Assembly (NCBI GenBank): GCA_020137815.1
Contig: WFME01000021.1
Coordinates: forward strand, 1 to 26,997
Direction of reading: 5' to 3'
DNA length: 26,997 nucleotides
Source: Hormiphora californensis
Taxonomy: Eukaryota > Animalia > Ctenophora
Shown: positions 13,653-24,711 of the stretch, piece by piece
Layout: every line of letters starts with the position of its first letter
How positions within the stretch are numbered: position 1 is the stretch's first letter
Program-made: the position numbers and the translations under genes
The notes under the pieces: generated by a model
Databases searched by the model: none
Told to the model about the DNA's origin: nothing
Seen by the model: only the letters and a program-made list of their open reading frames with translations

Positions 13653-14102
13653 GCTCAAACTCTACATATTTTCTTACCTTCTGACCCTCATTACTTGTCC
13701 CTGTTGAGCCATCATAAAACTAGGTTCACACCTTTGAGACAAACAACCCTGTTGTCCCTTTAAATAAAAATACAGTACACTGTTTATTCAAATTGGACAT
13801 TACCAAATCGAGAATGTGCATCACAAGATTTAAGATTCAGTAGTCAGTACAGAGTAGTTCTTTCGATGGTTTCTTGCCTGAAGAATCAACACTCAACAGC
13901 TTTCTTATTGGAAGTTGCAGGTTTTTGGGCGGCAGGTTTTGGTGACAACCACAAGATTCTTTCCGGATGTTTTACCCTTTACTGAAGACACCTGCATCTT
14001 CGTAGCTGGATTTACAGGTTTTTTTTTACCGGGGCCGCTACAGTTTGCGTTTTTTTTCTGGCCGGAACAAGAGATTTACTTTTGGTAGATGGAGTTGAAG
14101 CT
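13441..14102 (+). repeat. Long inverted repeat, left copy (candidate TIR portion)
   Basis: Reverse complement of 26312-26976; I see only about four small indels and no substitutions. Confidence 0.95.
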
Positions 14103-14505
14103 TCTCCACCAGACGCTGATACCGTTCAACTGGCTTCTAACCAGATGAGCTTGGTGCCGGTCTTTTCCGCTGTCCTTTAGAACCAGATGCCGCCTCTGAT
14201 ACTTGAACTGACTCAAACAAGGTTCTCGAGCCTTGAGCCACCATAAAGCCAGGAATTTCAAACGGGTCTCCACCTTGGAGATAAAGAAACCTGTTGTATC
14301 TTTGATATCCTTGATATGAGTAGGCCATGACTGCACCTAGTAGCTGAATTTGCAGATTTTTAGCCAGTGCTGATGGCCCGGGCTGATTTTCACCGCTGTA
14401 GGATTTCTGGATGGAAAGATATTTTTAAATGTTGATAAACCAGAAGCAGTCTTGAACCATCATAAAACCAGCGCTTTGGTTTCCACCTTCGAGATAAAGC
14501 ACTGC
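13886..14505 (-). pseudogene. Frameshifted remnant of a small K/P/S/A-rich basic protein gene
   Basis: Pieces across frames: SASGGEASTPSTKSKSLVPARKKTQTVAAPVKK / PVNPATKMQVSSVKGKTSGK / SPKPAAQKPATSNKKAVEC*; duplicated upstream motif FISKVET at ~14265 and ~14480; AATAAA on minus strand at ~13783. Confidence 0.35.
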
Positions 14506-15192
14506 TCCTAGAGTTACTACTACATCAACACAGTTAAAGACACAGAATTCTCTGAACATGGATATTTCCCTCGACTATTCAGTGGAATTTGTAATATTCT
14601 GCACTGAAATTGGACTGTGCTGGCAAGCAATTATTGGAATTAAAAATATACGTTCAAGTCTTGTAAACAAAATTTCGTGGATAAAACATCAATAATATTT
14701 AAACACGATTTTTTACTTTTAATAATTTATAATAATCAATCAAAGAACTCAAAACCATGATTTGCAAGGCTACGGTATAACATTCTCATATTCCGTTTTA
14801 ATAGTACATAAATTCTCGCAGACTGAATTTTCGCAACACTTACAACATACTGTCCTATTTCGAAACACTATTGTAACAATTATTACACAACTTTGCTTGC
14901 AGTGACAACTTTATGCAACATTTGCAATTTTTCATAACAGTAATTTTACGATAGTCTTTACAACGCTTGCAAAAGTTGTTTTTAGATTTACAAAATTTTG
15001 TCATTTTTTCTATAGCATTTGTAATTTTTCACTAGTAATTTTGCGATATACTTTTTACGAAGCTGGCAAAAATTATTTAAAGTTTATAAAATATCGAAAT
15101 TTTTGTAGCATTTTTAATTTTTAACTATGTTGTAATTTTACAATATAACCTCTGAAAATCGTACTATGCATTTGTTTAGGAGTGAACTGAAG

Positions 15193-18100
15193 TTAAATAT
15201 CGAGATATGTTGTTCTGAGTCCATCCTCCAGAACCTTTCTTTTGACATAGATATGATTAAGTCCCGACTTTTTCACAGCGTATGTGTGCATACTCCCTTC
15301 TTTCATCCTGAAACCCATGTTTGTCTGTTGGTTGACAGGTTTCTTCAGTAACACAGCTCTGTAGTCTTCGAACGTAAGTTTATTGGTGTGAGACACTCCC
15401 TTCGAGCTGTACTTCGGATCAGGTCCAGAACAAAAGTAAGTCTTTGCGTTGAGACCGATGAATCCGTCACCGGACCACTCCACTTTGAACAGGCCTATGA
15501 AATGTCAAATATTACTTACTCCAGATCATTTGAAACTCATGACACATCTTGGAAGAAAAATGAAAGATAAGAGATCGAATACCTGGAGTACGCTTGTCAT
15601 AAGCTTTGTGGGTCGCTCTTGGAAAATACTGCTTCTTTACAACGTCCCACTCGTCTTCCATCCCTTCTTTGACAAGCTCGTCCAGTGAGTCTCCGGATAA
15701 AGCCAGGTATAAACTATCTAAAAATTTCATGGATTTGAGTATTCAATATTCACGGATATTTTAACTAAAATATTGGCTTTAAGGGAGACATCACTACCTC
15801 CTGAAACTGTTCAAACTTCGTTTAGGATACTTCCTCAAGCAAAGGGGTGTGTTCATGCAGAATTTCATATTTTTGGCTTATCGGGTAGTTACAGTTCCCA
15901 CCACTTCCAAAAACGTGCACTCATGGCACTCTATGCTAGAAGTTGTTTTTGTTGTTGCGGCGACGCAGCTGAAAATTGATTGGGGCTTGAACCGCAACTA
16001 GACGAAAATTCCCGCCCTGTATTGAAAGTAGACACGGCCCGGCGGGCATTGTAAGAAACATTATCGTACACTAGCGTGGGAAAAAGTTTGTATGCTAGTC
16101 CAAAATCACGTGATAGTCCTAATTTCCAGACTACTCAACTTTAACAGCAAAAAAAAAACAGGTGAGTGATTCTAAGTCAAAAATCGCCTACAAATCTAAA
16201 CTTACCCGTATCCATCTCAAGAAGACAGAAATCCTTCCTGTCAATAAAACGATCTATTACTTCATAATAGAAAACCAGCATCTTCAACCTAAAATGAAAT
16301 AGGTTTATACATATTTTTTGAGAAATAAAAAGCAGAAACCTAGATACAGAAATCATGTAGAATTCTGTCATTGGAGTAAAATGGCGTACTGTCATTGGAG
16401 CATTCGCAGGACACATACGGGACAGTGGACACATACGGGGCACATTCAGGACACACGTTAAGTTATACTCTTGGACAGGGAAAAAAACTTACTTTGCATA
16501 CGCGTATACAAAGAAACCGAGATGTACTGGTAAATCGTATGTGACTCGTCGCTTCTTAGAAACAACCTAAGATGATCACAGAATTAGACAGAAATATGTG
16601 TTGTGGTAGCAGGAAAACCTGATGCATCATGAATGGAGCTTGAAAGGAAGACATCACCGCTTCCTGAAACTGTCCAAACTTCTTTTAGGATACTCAAGTT
16701 GATACAGAATTTAATATAGAATTTAATACAGAATTTAATTTCAGGCATGCAGCAGTGTTCAATATGACCTAAATATGACCCATAGCGATTTTGAGCGTCT
16801 TCTTCCGGTCATTTCGAGCACCAATAAGCTATACTTTCTCCAAAAGATAAAGATAGACATTTTTTTTTGTTACAAGATATTTGCTGGCTTTAGGAGACCT
16901 CAAAAAATCCAAAAACCTAAAATTTCGATTTGAGTGCTCAAAATCGCTATGGGTTATATTTAGGTTTGCCTAGCTAGACTGTGTTTCGTGTGCCCCACCC
17001 GCGACCTTCGCCTGGTCAGGTTCATGCTAGCTGATACAAGGCTGAGAGTGAGAGTTGATAACTGTCTGTCTGAGGAGTTTAACGTTTCCATCGGAGCTTT
17101 TCAGGGAGATAGTCTGTCTGGAAATCTCTTTACTTTATACCTTGCGGGAGCCCTCAATCACCTACGCTCCATAACATCAACTACCCGACCAAACCCACCA
17201 ATACAAGAAAACCTACTCCCAGTAGAGTGGGAATATGCAGACGATGTAGATTTCATCGACGAATCTGTTGATAACCTGACAGCCATGTTACCTATCTGCC
17301 AGGAGATTTTAGAGGAGTGGAATCTTCACGTCAACGAGACTAAAACCGAGCACGTTCATGTATATCTTGCCAGCAAAGATGAGGTCGATCACAAGGGCGA
17401 GCCTGTGAAAGACCGAGAACCATGGAGAAATTGTATCTCACTTGACTCTAAACTTGGATGCAAGGAGGACATTGAACGACGTTGCAACCTATCAAACCTT
17501 GTTTTTAGGAAATACAAAGCAGTCTGGGAACAAGGGCCTAGGATCTCCCTTGCCACTAGGCTAAAAATATACGAGGCGCAAGTGGTTTCGGTGTTGATGT
17601 ACAACTGCAGCAGTTGGGCAGCACCTAAAAAGACATTGCACTCACTTGATGTATGTCATAGGAAGCACCTTCGGAACATCCTTAACATCCGGTTTCCTAT
17701 TTGTATCTCCAACAAAACACTGTACAAAAGGTGCAATCCGGGCACAGTGGAAAATGTTTGGTCATATTCTTAGGAGCCAGACCAACGCCCCTGCTATGAT
17801 GGCTCTTAAATTCGCTGTATCATGTGATATGAGGGGTAGACGAGGGAGGCACCAAACAAACCTCTTATCAGTACTTAAATGTGACCTCAAGGATAGGGGT
17901 TTTGATATTATGCATTATTTTGATGCGGTTATGGAGGCTGCGAGAGACAGAGTTGGGTGGAGAAGTATGAGTGTCACTCATCAGTTTTTTTAGGAGCTAT
18001 ATTTTATATGCCATATCAAAACTGCACGAGTTCTATAATAATAATAATAATACATAATAAAGGAGGGTCACTGCGCTGGTAAGTGCAAGCTGTAATTTAG

Positions 18101-21100
18101 TAATGAGACCAGGCTGGGCCCGAGAGACAGTTCAGTGGTAACTGGGGGGGGGGTCATGTGTGATGGAAATGAGAACTAGAGACAGATTTGAGTTGCATTT
18201 TATTGAGGAAAATAGCCCTTTTTGGTGTCTGAGACAAGCAAAAGTGAAACGAAATGCAACGTAACGAACGAGTAATCCACTTCTGTGGTGCTAGAGGTTG
18301 TTTTTTTGTTATTGTTCCAGCGGACGCAGCCAAAAATTAGATGTCCTATATAGAAATTAAGCTGGGTGGTGGTTACTGGTTATGAGCAACGCTATCGTGG
18401 GAAAAGCATGTATACTAGTACAAAATCACATGATTGTCCTAATGACACCCTTTTAAATGAACTGTAGACTGTAAACTATAGACTGACATACCTCAAAGGT
18501 GTCCTCCTCTAGCTCATCGAAACTAATCAGTAATGGGTCGTTGACCATTTTGCTGGCTCTCTCGATGTCTGCTAGCCGGACAGTAGTGTGACGATCCTTC
18601 CTCATGATAGAATGTCCGTAGACACTATTCCCTATGAGCTTGGAAGTCTCAGCTATGATGGACTTATTAGGATCCTTATCTCCTGAAGAAAAAAAATTTC
18701 TTGCACCTAAGCTGAGTTTGGTTCTGCTATAGTGCGTTATCTTCAAATTATGACTCCAGGAATCCAATTTTCTTACCAGCTCGACGATCATCTGACACAT
18801 TCTGAGCGAATCTGGCGAAGCACTTGACTGGATTGAACTGAACAAATTGGTAGACATTTGTCACGACAAGTCCATTATCCAGGTACCACTTTAGCAAAGG
18901 AGTGATCAACAGAATTTTCTCGGCAAACATGGAACCTATCAGGTTTCGACGATCTTTGAAAGTTTCCCCTGTCTCCTTTAGAAAGGCAGTCATGTACTCT
19001 CCAATGTCCTCGCTACTAATCGTAGCGTTCTTGAAGAGAGGAGTCATTTCACCAAACCTGGTAAATTATTGTGATCAGCGGATCATTACCATTGAACGTA
19101 ATTTGTTCAGTTAGTCTTAGTCGGACTCATAGTCTTTTTTACCTTTGTTTGAGATGATTAGGCACATGTATGTCGACCTCGGCAACGCCGAAAATTTCAC
19201 CACTCTGAACAGATTCCAAAATTTGTGTTTCTGTCAACCGGTACGAGTCTTCAAGAGGGTAGTGATACTTCTTTATTACCTGAAGAGACTTCCTTGTCTC
19301 CCGCCACTCGCATTCCCACATTTCCACCACCTAGGAGAGACTATACATTATTGCGATTTACAGATTACAAAATTTCATCAGACTTGTCGAAATTCTTAAA
19401 CCCTTTGAGGCCCATAGTGATTGGCTGAACGAAATTTTCTAATTTTTCCCAGATATACCCAGCATGATACTCTAAGATTAGGGGAAAAATAGTTTTTCAA
19501 ATCGGTTCATTACTTTTTCAGATACAGCATGGGTCATATATGACCCTCTGGGTCGTTTGGGAAGTTAAGAATTTCAAGCGGCCTAGGGTCCTCCATATGC
19601 CTTCCAAGCCTCAAAAGCTGGTTAGTCAGTGCCCTAGAGATGAAACGAGTTGACAGGAACCGTTACATGAACTTAATTGACTGAATTCTCTAATAAGGGG
19701 TAGGTTTCAGGTCATATGACCCTCTGGGTTGTTCATTGCACATCACCTCACATGTGTAATTCAGGCTTTAGACGCTGTTTATGATCAAATAAGATGCCAA
19801 GCCCGCAGTCATAACCCTATATTCAAATAATACTGACCTCAAAGCCAAGCGAACGGATTTCAGAGTTGATATCTTGAGTCTTTTTGAACCTGGAATCATG
19901 ACTTTTCCAGCCAGATTTTTCAACATCACGATCTTCTTGGAAACACTCGGGGCAGCCATGATACCAACAGCCGTGGAACTGGAAGACCGTCTTGGACTTT
20001 CTGAAAATAGTAGATAAAGTGTATAAGTGATAGTTTTACAGTCTGTATTCAATCCTGTAGTTAATTACCGATGAAAACCGTCTACTGGTATTTTCTTTGG
20101 ACCAAGTCTAACTTCTCCGCTGTTCCTAGCATGCTGGATATCAATCCCACGCTGATCCTCAACCCAACCCAGCCATTCACATGATACTTTTGAGGTAGCG
20201 GTGGGGTACTCTAATATGTAGTCTGGGGCACGCCTTCGTAAAAAAATCCCACATGGCATTTCTCTCCCCATACATTCTGTTGGAAACATGTTTTACAGTA
20301 CCATAATTAATTCAGTGTATATGATACATTTGAGCACAGTCGAATAATATAGGTTATACATAGTTCACTTCTGGATTAGTAATAATTATACATGCTGTAT
20401 TATAGTATACCAAACTTCTTACCCAAGTACAGGGCGTTGGCGTCGAAACCGACTACCTTCTTACACAGCTTTCCTTCCGCGTTATGACGGATTTTCGTAA
20501 CACCTAAATAATATTCTTGCTTAAAATATCTTATAATAATTAATAGTAATTAACAAAAATGGATAAATAAAAATAAATATTTATAAAGTAAATAAGCGAA
20601 TATAAGTAAATAATTATATAAATAATTAAGCAAATAAGTAAATGAGCGAATAAGTATAAAAAATAGATAATTAAATAAATCAATACACATATATACAGTC
20701 GGACCCCGATTTAGTGGCATCCTCGGGGGAAAAAATCCTGCCACTAAATAGGGGTGCCACTGAATCGGGTTCAAATAATGTTAATTTTCGTATATCGGGG
20801 AAAAAAATCCTGCCACTAAATCGGGGTGCCACTAAATCGGGGGCCACTAAATCGGGGTCCGACTGTATAAGTAAATAAGTAGAAAAGTTAATACGGAAAT
20901 AAGCAATTTTATAATAAGCAAATAAGCAATTTTATAAAGAGTAAATATGAGAAGAAAAATTAAATAAGTAATAAATAAAATGTTTTGCAATAAAATGTAC
21001 TACAATAACCTGCTTCTGCGTAACGGTCATAGATAATCGCTGGACCGCCAACGTTGTTGGACAGGAACAGTTGCACTAGATCTTTGTTTTTACCATTGAA

Positions 21101-23812
21101 GAGGTGGAACGTCTCATCGCGGTTGTTTAGCCCCTTGAATGCTATCCGTTCTGCGATTCCAGGAACTGCGAAAAAATTACATCAACGTAGCTGGCTCTTT
21201 CCGAGTCAATATCTTATAAATTATGACTCGTTGTCAATACTAATTTTTTACGGTTCTTAAAAAAAAGGTTTGTGATTTAGTATCAATACCTGACAATGCG
21301 TCCTTGAATACGTCCACTCCTCTGTCCTTGTAGTACTGAACCAAGTTCTCGATCGCCTCGAGGAAGGATGTAACATCGAGGTTGTTATAAAACTTTAGAT
21401 AGTCTCCAATGCACCAGTTTTTCTGTTCGAACATGGTCTTCAAGTTCTCATATCGTAGACTTCCTACTTTCTTTACTTCGAATGGAATGAGGGGCTCTGC
21501 TTTTGTTGGCTGTCGACCAATGAACTCTACTTCCGCGCTGGATAACTCCTCCCCAAGAGCCGGTTCCAGCATGTTCTTCTGTTTGAGTGACGAGAAGAAG
21601 CTGCTGTACTCAGGGAACTCCTTGAGACCAAGCTTCTCGAAAGAGTCCAAAAACTCGTAGGGAAAGAAGGACTTTCTATCATTAGCTCCGTAGGCTTTAT
21701 TAAACTTATCGAGGGAGTAGCCAGGTGCAACATAATTCATGACATCCAGGAACTTTAGTTGATCTGTTGAGATAGTCATGTAGCTAGAACCCTTTTTTAT
21801 CATAAACTGGACCGAGTCTTCCTGAGCCAGAATTGGGAATAAGTGCTCTCTTAGAACGTTTATATCATATTTTGCTCCATTGAAGGCCAGAACGGGGAGC
21901 TGATTGACATAGTTCTTCCACCTTGTCAGAACCTTTTCATCCTCTATCTCATCAATGTTGTATTCCTCGTACAGCTCTCTTACCCTCACAGCAGCCTCAT
22001 CACTAATTTGCCGAAGATACTCCAGAAATTTGGTTACCAGATCTTTTTGTCCATCGGTTTTCTCGAGAATGAAGCATTTCGGACTTGTGTAACCAGGAAC
22101 ATTGGATGCGATGGATATCGAAACCAGATGATGTGTGTTTTCAAAGCTAGTTTTATCAGTCTTGGTAATGCTCACTTCCTTTGAGAGAAGACATTCAATA
22201 TCAAACACTGCACGGAAAGGGTAGGCGCGTAGATCATGTGGTACATTGACTCCTTGGTTCTCCAATTGATCGAAAATCGTTGGTTTCACACTGAAAGTTC
22301 CGCCAACATACTTCTCCCTGATGCTGATGTCACAAGTTTTAGTGTGCCGCTTGTAATGACCGTGGTGGTTGAAGAACTTATCACACTGGATACAACGGTA
22401 CGATGTGGAGTATTTTTCGAGGTCTCGAATAAAGCAAAAATGGTTCTGAAACAAGTTTATGTGCATGAGATTCTCTTCACTGATGGAACGCCAAACTGTC
22501 GAAGTTGATCTGTCTTCCTCTTGCTCATATACCACGATACCCACTTTGAAGAGCCTTGAGATGTCCTCTAGTTGATCGAGTGTTACGCCTGTGAAGTCCT
22601 TGGTCTTGATCGAGGCCATTTTACAGTACTCACGCACGAGCTTATTGGACTTATTTTCCAGTGACAGCGGGTCTGCACCCTGATGTAGTGCAAGGCATCT
22701 GAAAAAACACTTCTGGTCTTCGTAAGGTTTTCCAGTTTTTCTCGAGGTGACAAGAGAAATCAGCCCCTTATTTCGCAACAAATGGACAGGTAGGTCGACT
22801 CCGCCCCCAATGGCAGTCCCTCTCAAGCGAAACACGTAAAAGCTTAAATTCGTTACTTTTACAGCACTCCATTCTGTCGATGGTCGCCTAATAGCTTTAT
22901 CTAAATCAATCCCCTGTAACGAGTTGATGAAGCCCCTCTTATCCTCTGAGTTCTTTATCAAGATTGGAGTGTCGAGAAGGAGCTGATTGTTCTGGGAAGG
23001 ACGATAGTAAGCAAGTTCACCGGTTCTTCTGTGCTTCAAAATGACTCCCAAGGAAACCTTCACCTTGAACGCGTTATTTTGGTGTCTGTAAAGCTTTTTG
23101 AAGTTGTCTACAAGCTCATCAGTTGTTAGATTATCTACCTGAATATTGTAAACATCCATAATTCTACCAATTTTTACACTCGTTCTGATACCAGGGTGTT
23201 CTTTGTAGATGGTTTCAAATTCTGGTTCAATATGGAATTCTCGCATAGGAGAAGTAGGACTGGGCTGGGAATGGGAGAAACTGTGCTCAAGATTGATCAC
23301 ATGCTCTCTCTGGTGAGCCTCAAACTCTCTGCCAGGGATCTTACGCAAACAGACACTGCACTCCCTTTTACATTGTCTCCCTCCCTTATGCTTTTGTAGA
23401 TGAGTTCCCCGGACTGTATTTTGACACAATGGACAAGTAACCGCTCTGTTCTTTGTCTGAAGTAATGGAGAAACCTGTTAGTTATGGGAATTGTATTGAA
23501 TAATGAATCGAAGAATGGACCTTCGGTAGAACTTACATGGTGGAGAGAAGAAGGCCCAGGTTTTTCATCTTTTTCATCATCGTCCTGAAGGAAAACTCAC
23601 TTTAAATATGTAATGAAATTTATCTTACAATTAACATGAATAAATCCTACATAACAATACACTTAAATTAGTCTTTGGACAAAATATTCCTTTAGTGTTT
23701 TATCCAAACAGCGACATAATCTCACCTTTCGCTTCAAATTCAATAAGGCAGACAGTTGAGGTTGGACGAAGAAAACTCCCAGAAAGAAAAGAAGGTAGAT
23801 CCGACTCGCCAT
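15193..23812 (-). CDS. polB: Polinton-type protein-primed DNA polymerase B (pPolB), 14 exons, 1393 aa
   Basis: Exons (minus): 23812-23726, 23584-23537, 23474-21290, 21165-21010, 20503-20423, 20276-20069, 20000-19838, 19330-19143, 19057-18777, 18682-18492, 16566-16493, 16288-16206, 15717-15583, 15494-15193. All introns are GT-AG with compatible phases; total 4182 nt. Motifs: ExoI VFDIE, ExoII FNGAKYD, ExoIII YNNLD, VGGPAII, motif A GFDANALY, motif B KLIGNSVYG, motif C EMDT|DS, RTPGLFKVE, AKTY, SSKG. Exons 1-2 are less certain than exons 3-14. Confidence 0.92.
16767..16965. mobile_element. Small inverted-repeat element (MITE-like) in pPolB intron 10
   Basis: 30-bp IR with 1 mismatch: ACCTAAATATGACCCATAGCGATTTTGAGC (16767-16796) / GCTCAAAATCGCTATGGGTTATATTTAGGT (16936-16965); TSD not identified. 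Confidence 0.65.
16988..18060 (+). mobile_element. 5'-truncated non-LTR retrotransposon (RTE-like reverse transcriptase), antisense in pPolB intron 10
   Basis: GAFQGDSLSGNLFTLYL, EYADD, LHVNETKT, RLKIYEAQVVSVLMYNCSSW; frameshift near 17740 into WKMFGHILR..RGRRGR; (TAA)n-like tail 18035-18060. Confidence 0.92.
19143..20276 (-). CDS. polB: pPolB exons 6-8: Vsr-like PD-(D/E)xK nuclease domain inserted after polymerase motif A
   Basis: Spliced peptide EWLGWVE..IQHARNSGEVRLG..VDGFHR|KSKTVFQFHGCWYHGCPECF..IRSLGFE|VVEMWECEW. Confidence 0.85.
20696..20865. mobile_element. Tc1/mariner-pogo-type MITE (170 bp) in pPolB intron 4
   Basis: TA|CAGTCGGACCCCGATTTAGTGGC ... GCCACTAAATCGGGGTCCGACTG|TA; 23-bp perfect TIR, TA target duplication, internal GCCACTAAATCGGGG repeats. 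Confidence 0.92.
21290..23474 (-). CDS. polB: pPolB exon 3: two Zn fingers, terminal-protein-like domain, vOTU-like protease, Zn finger, 3'-5' exonuclease
   Basis: Covers the 729-aa ORF; CPLC..H..C, CSVC..H..H; EDQKCFFRCLA (Cys) and NLFQNHFCFI (His); CIQC..H..C; DIE / NGAKYD / YNNLD. Confidence 0.92.
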
Positions 23813-24318
23813 CCTCAGATATTGTCGATTATACTAAGTCATTAAGAAGCTGTGTACGCCCACACTCGTGACTATCTAAAAGAATTAAGAAATTACACAC
23901 ATGTGAAAATACATGTATGATGTAAGCATCACGGATAGATGTCAAGACCAGTAAGACTAAAAGGACAAATAACATAAGTTCCGAAGCTGAACCTAGAAAC
24001 ATGTGCTAACAGGTCAAAAAAAAAAGAGAGTACAGTGAGTAACTGAGCTCCATGCACTGCAAAGTGCAAACTGGTATCTGTACATTTTTTGTTATTCATT
24101 ATAGTGCAAAGCAACGGAAATTTGGCACATAGCAACCGGAATTCAGGCTTTCAAGCAATATCAACTACAGCTTTAGTTTGAGCTGCATCAGTCACACATT
24201 GAACGCACGTATAAAGAGAGGTAACAAAAGCACTGGACCTGTAATTACCCCGGTACCATGTGGACACCTGTTGATATTCGCTAGCCAAATTAGGAATAAA
24301 CTGGGTCACATGATGTAG

Positions 24319-24322
<4 letters not shown>

Positions 24323-24369
<47 letters not shown>
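24323..24369. repeat. (AG)n microsatellite in the divergent intergenic region
   Basis: Direct reading. Confidence 0.97.
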
Positions 24370-24375
<6 letters not shown>

Positions 24376-24671
24376 TGTGGATAAGTTGAAGTCTGTAGAC
24401 ACTGCAGCTACAATCACTGCAGCTACATACAATTACTGCAGATCATATCGTATACGATCGTACATTTCTCTGGTGTATCTGTCGTAGCACGTCTGGCCAG
24501 GACGTAACGGACATTGAGGGTGAACTATTGAGGCTGAACGGGAGGAGAGGGATAGAGAGACGTATGGGTTCGATAAAAAAATTGGTGTTCTATAATCTTG
24601 ACTACTAATTGCGGGTAGCACATCGCGAGAATTTAAAATTACGCAATAGTTCAGCTAGGTCTCTCACTGAG

Positions 24672-24677
24672 TATAAA
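24672..24677 (+). promoter_or_regulatory. Candidate TATA box of ORF 24712-25146
   Basis: GTATAAATA about 40 nt upstream of the ATG. Confidence 0.5.
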
Positions 24678-24711
24678 TACAAGTGAGATTTAGAACTATT
24701 TCATTTCCATC

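Noticed and set aside
16988-17993. Reverse transcriptase as a functional partner of pPolB (retron/DGR-like system)
   Set aside because: It is a 5'-truncated, frameshifted RTE-like LINE with a simple-repeat tail, inserted antisense in an intron.
19396-19740. Possible TTAA-type MITE in intron 7 with repeated ATATGACCCTCTGGGT
   Set aside because: No clean TIR pair or TSD could be defined.
15193-21290. pPolB as a fragmented pseudogene
   Set aside because: Every break between fragments is bounded by GT-AG with compatible phase, and no in-frame stop remains after splicing.
21054-23399. Short plus-strand ORFs overlapping pPolB exons
   Set aside because: Antisense shadows of the real coding strand.
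24601-24606. ACTACT as right terminus of the element
   Set aside because: Only 6 nt match the 13171 end; no extended inverted repeat, and the related 144-aa ORF lies beyond it.
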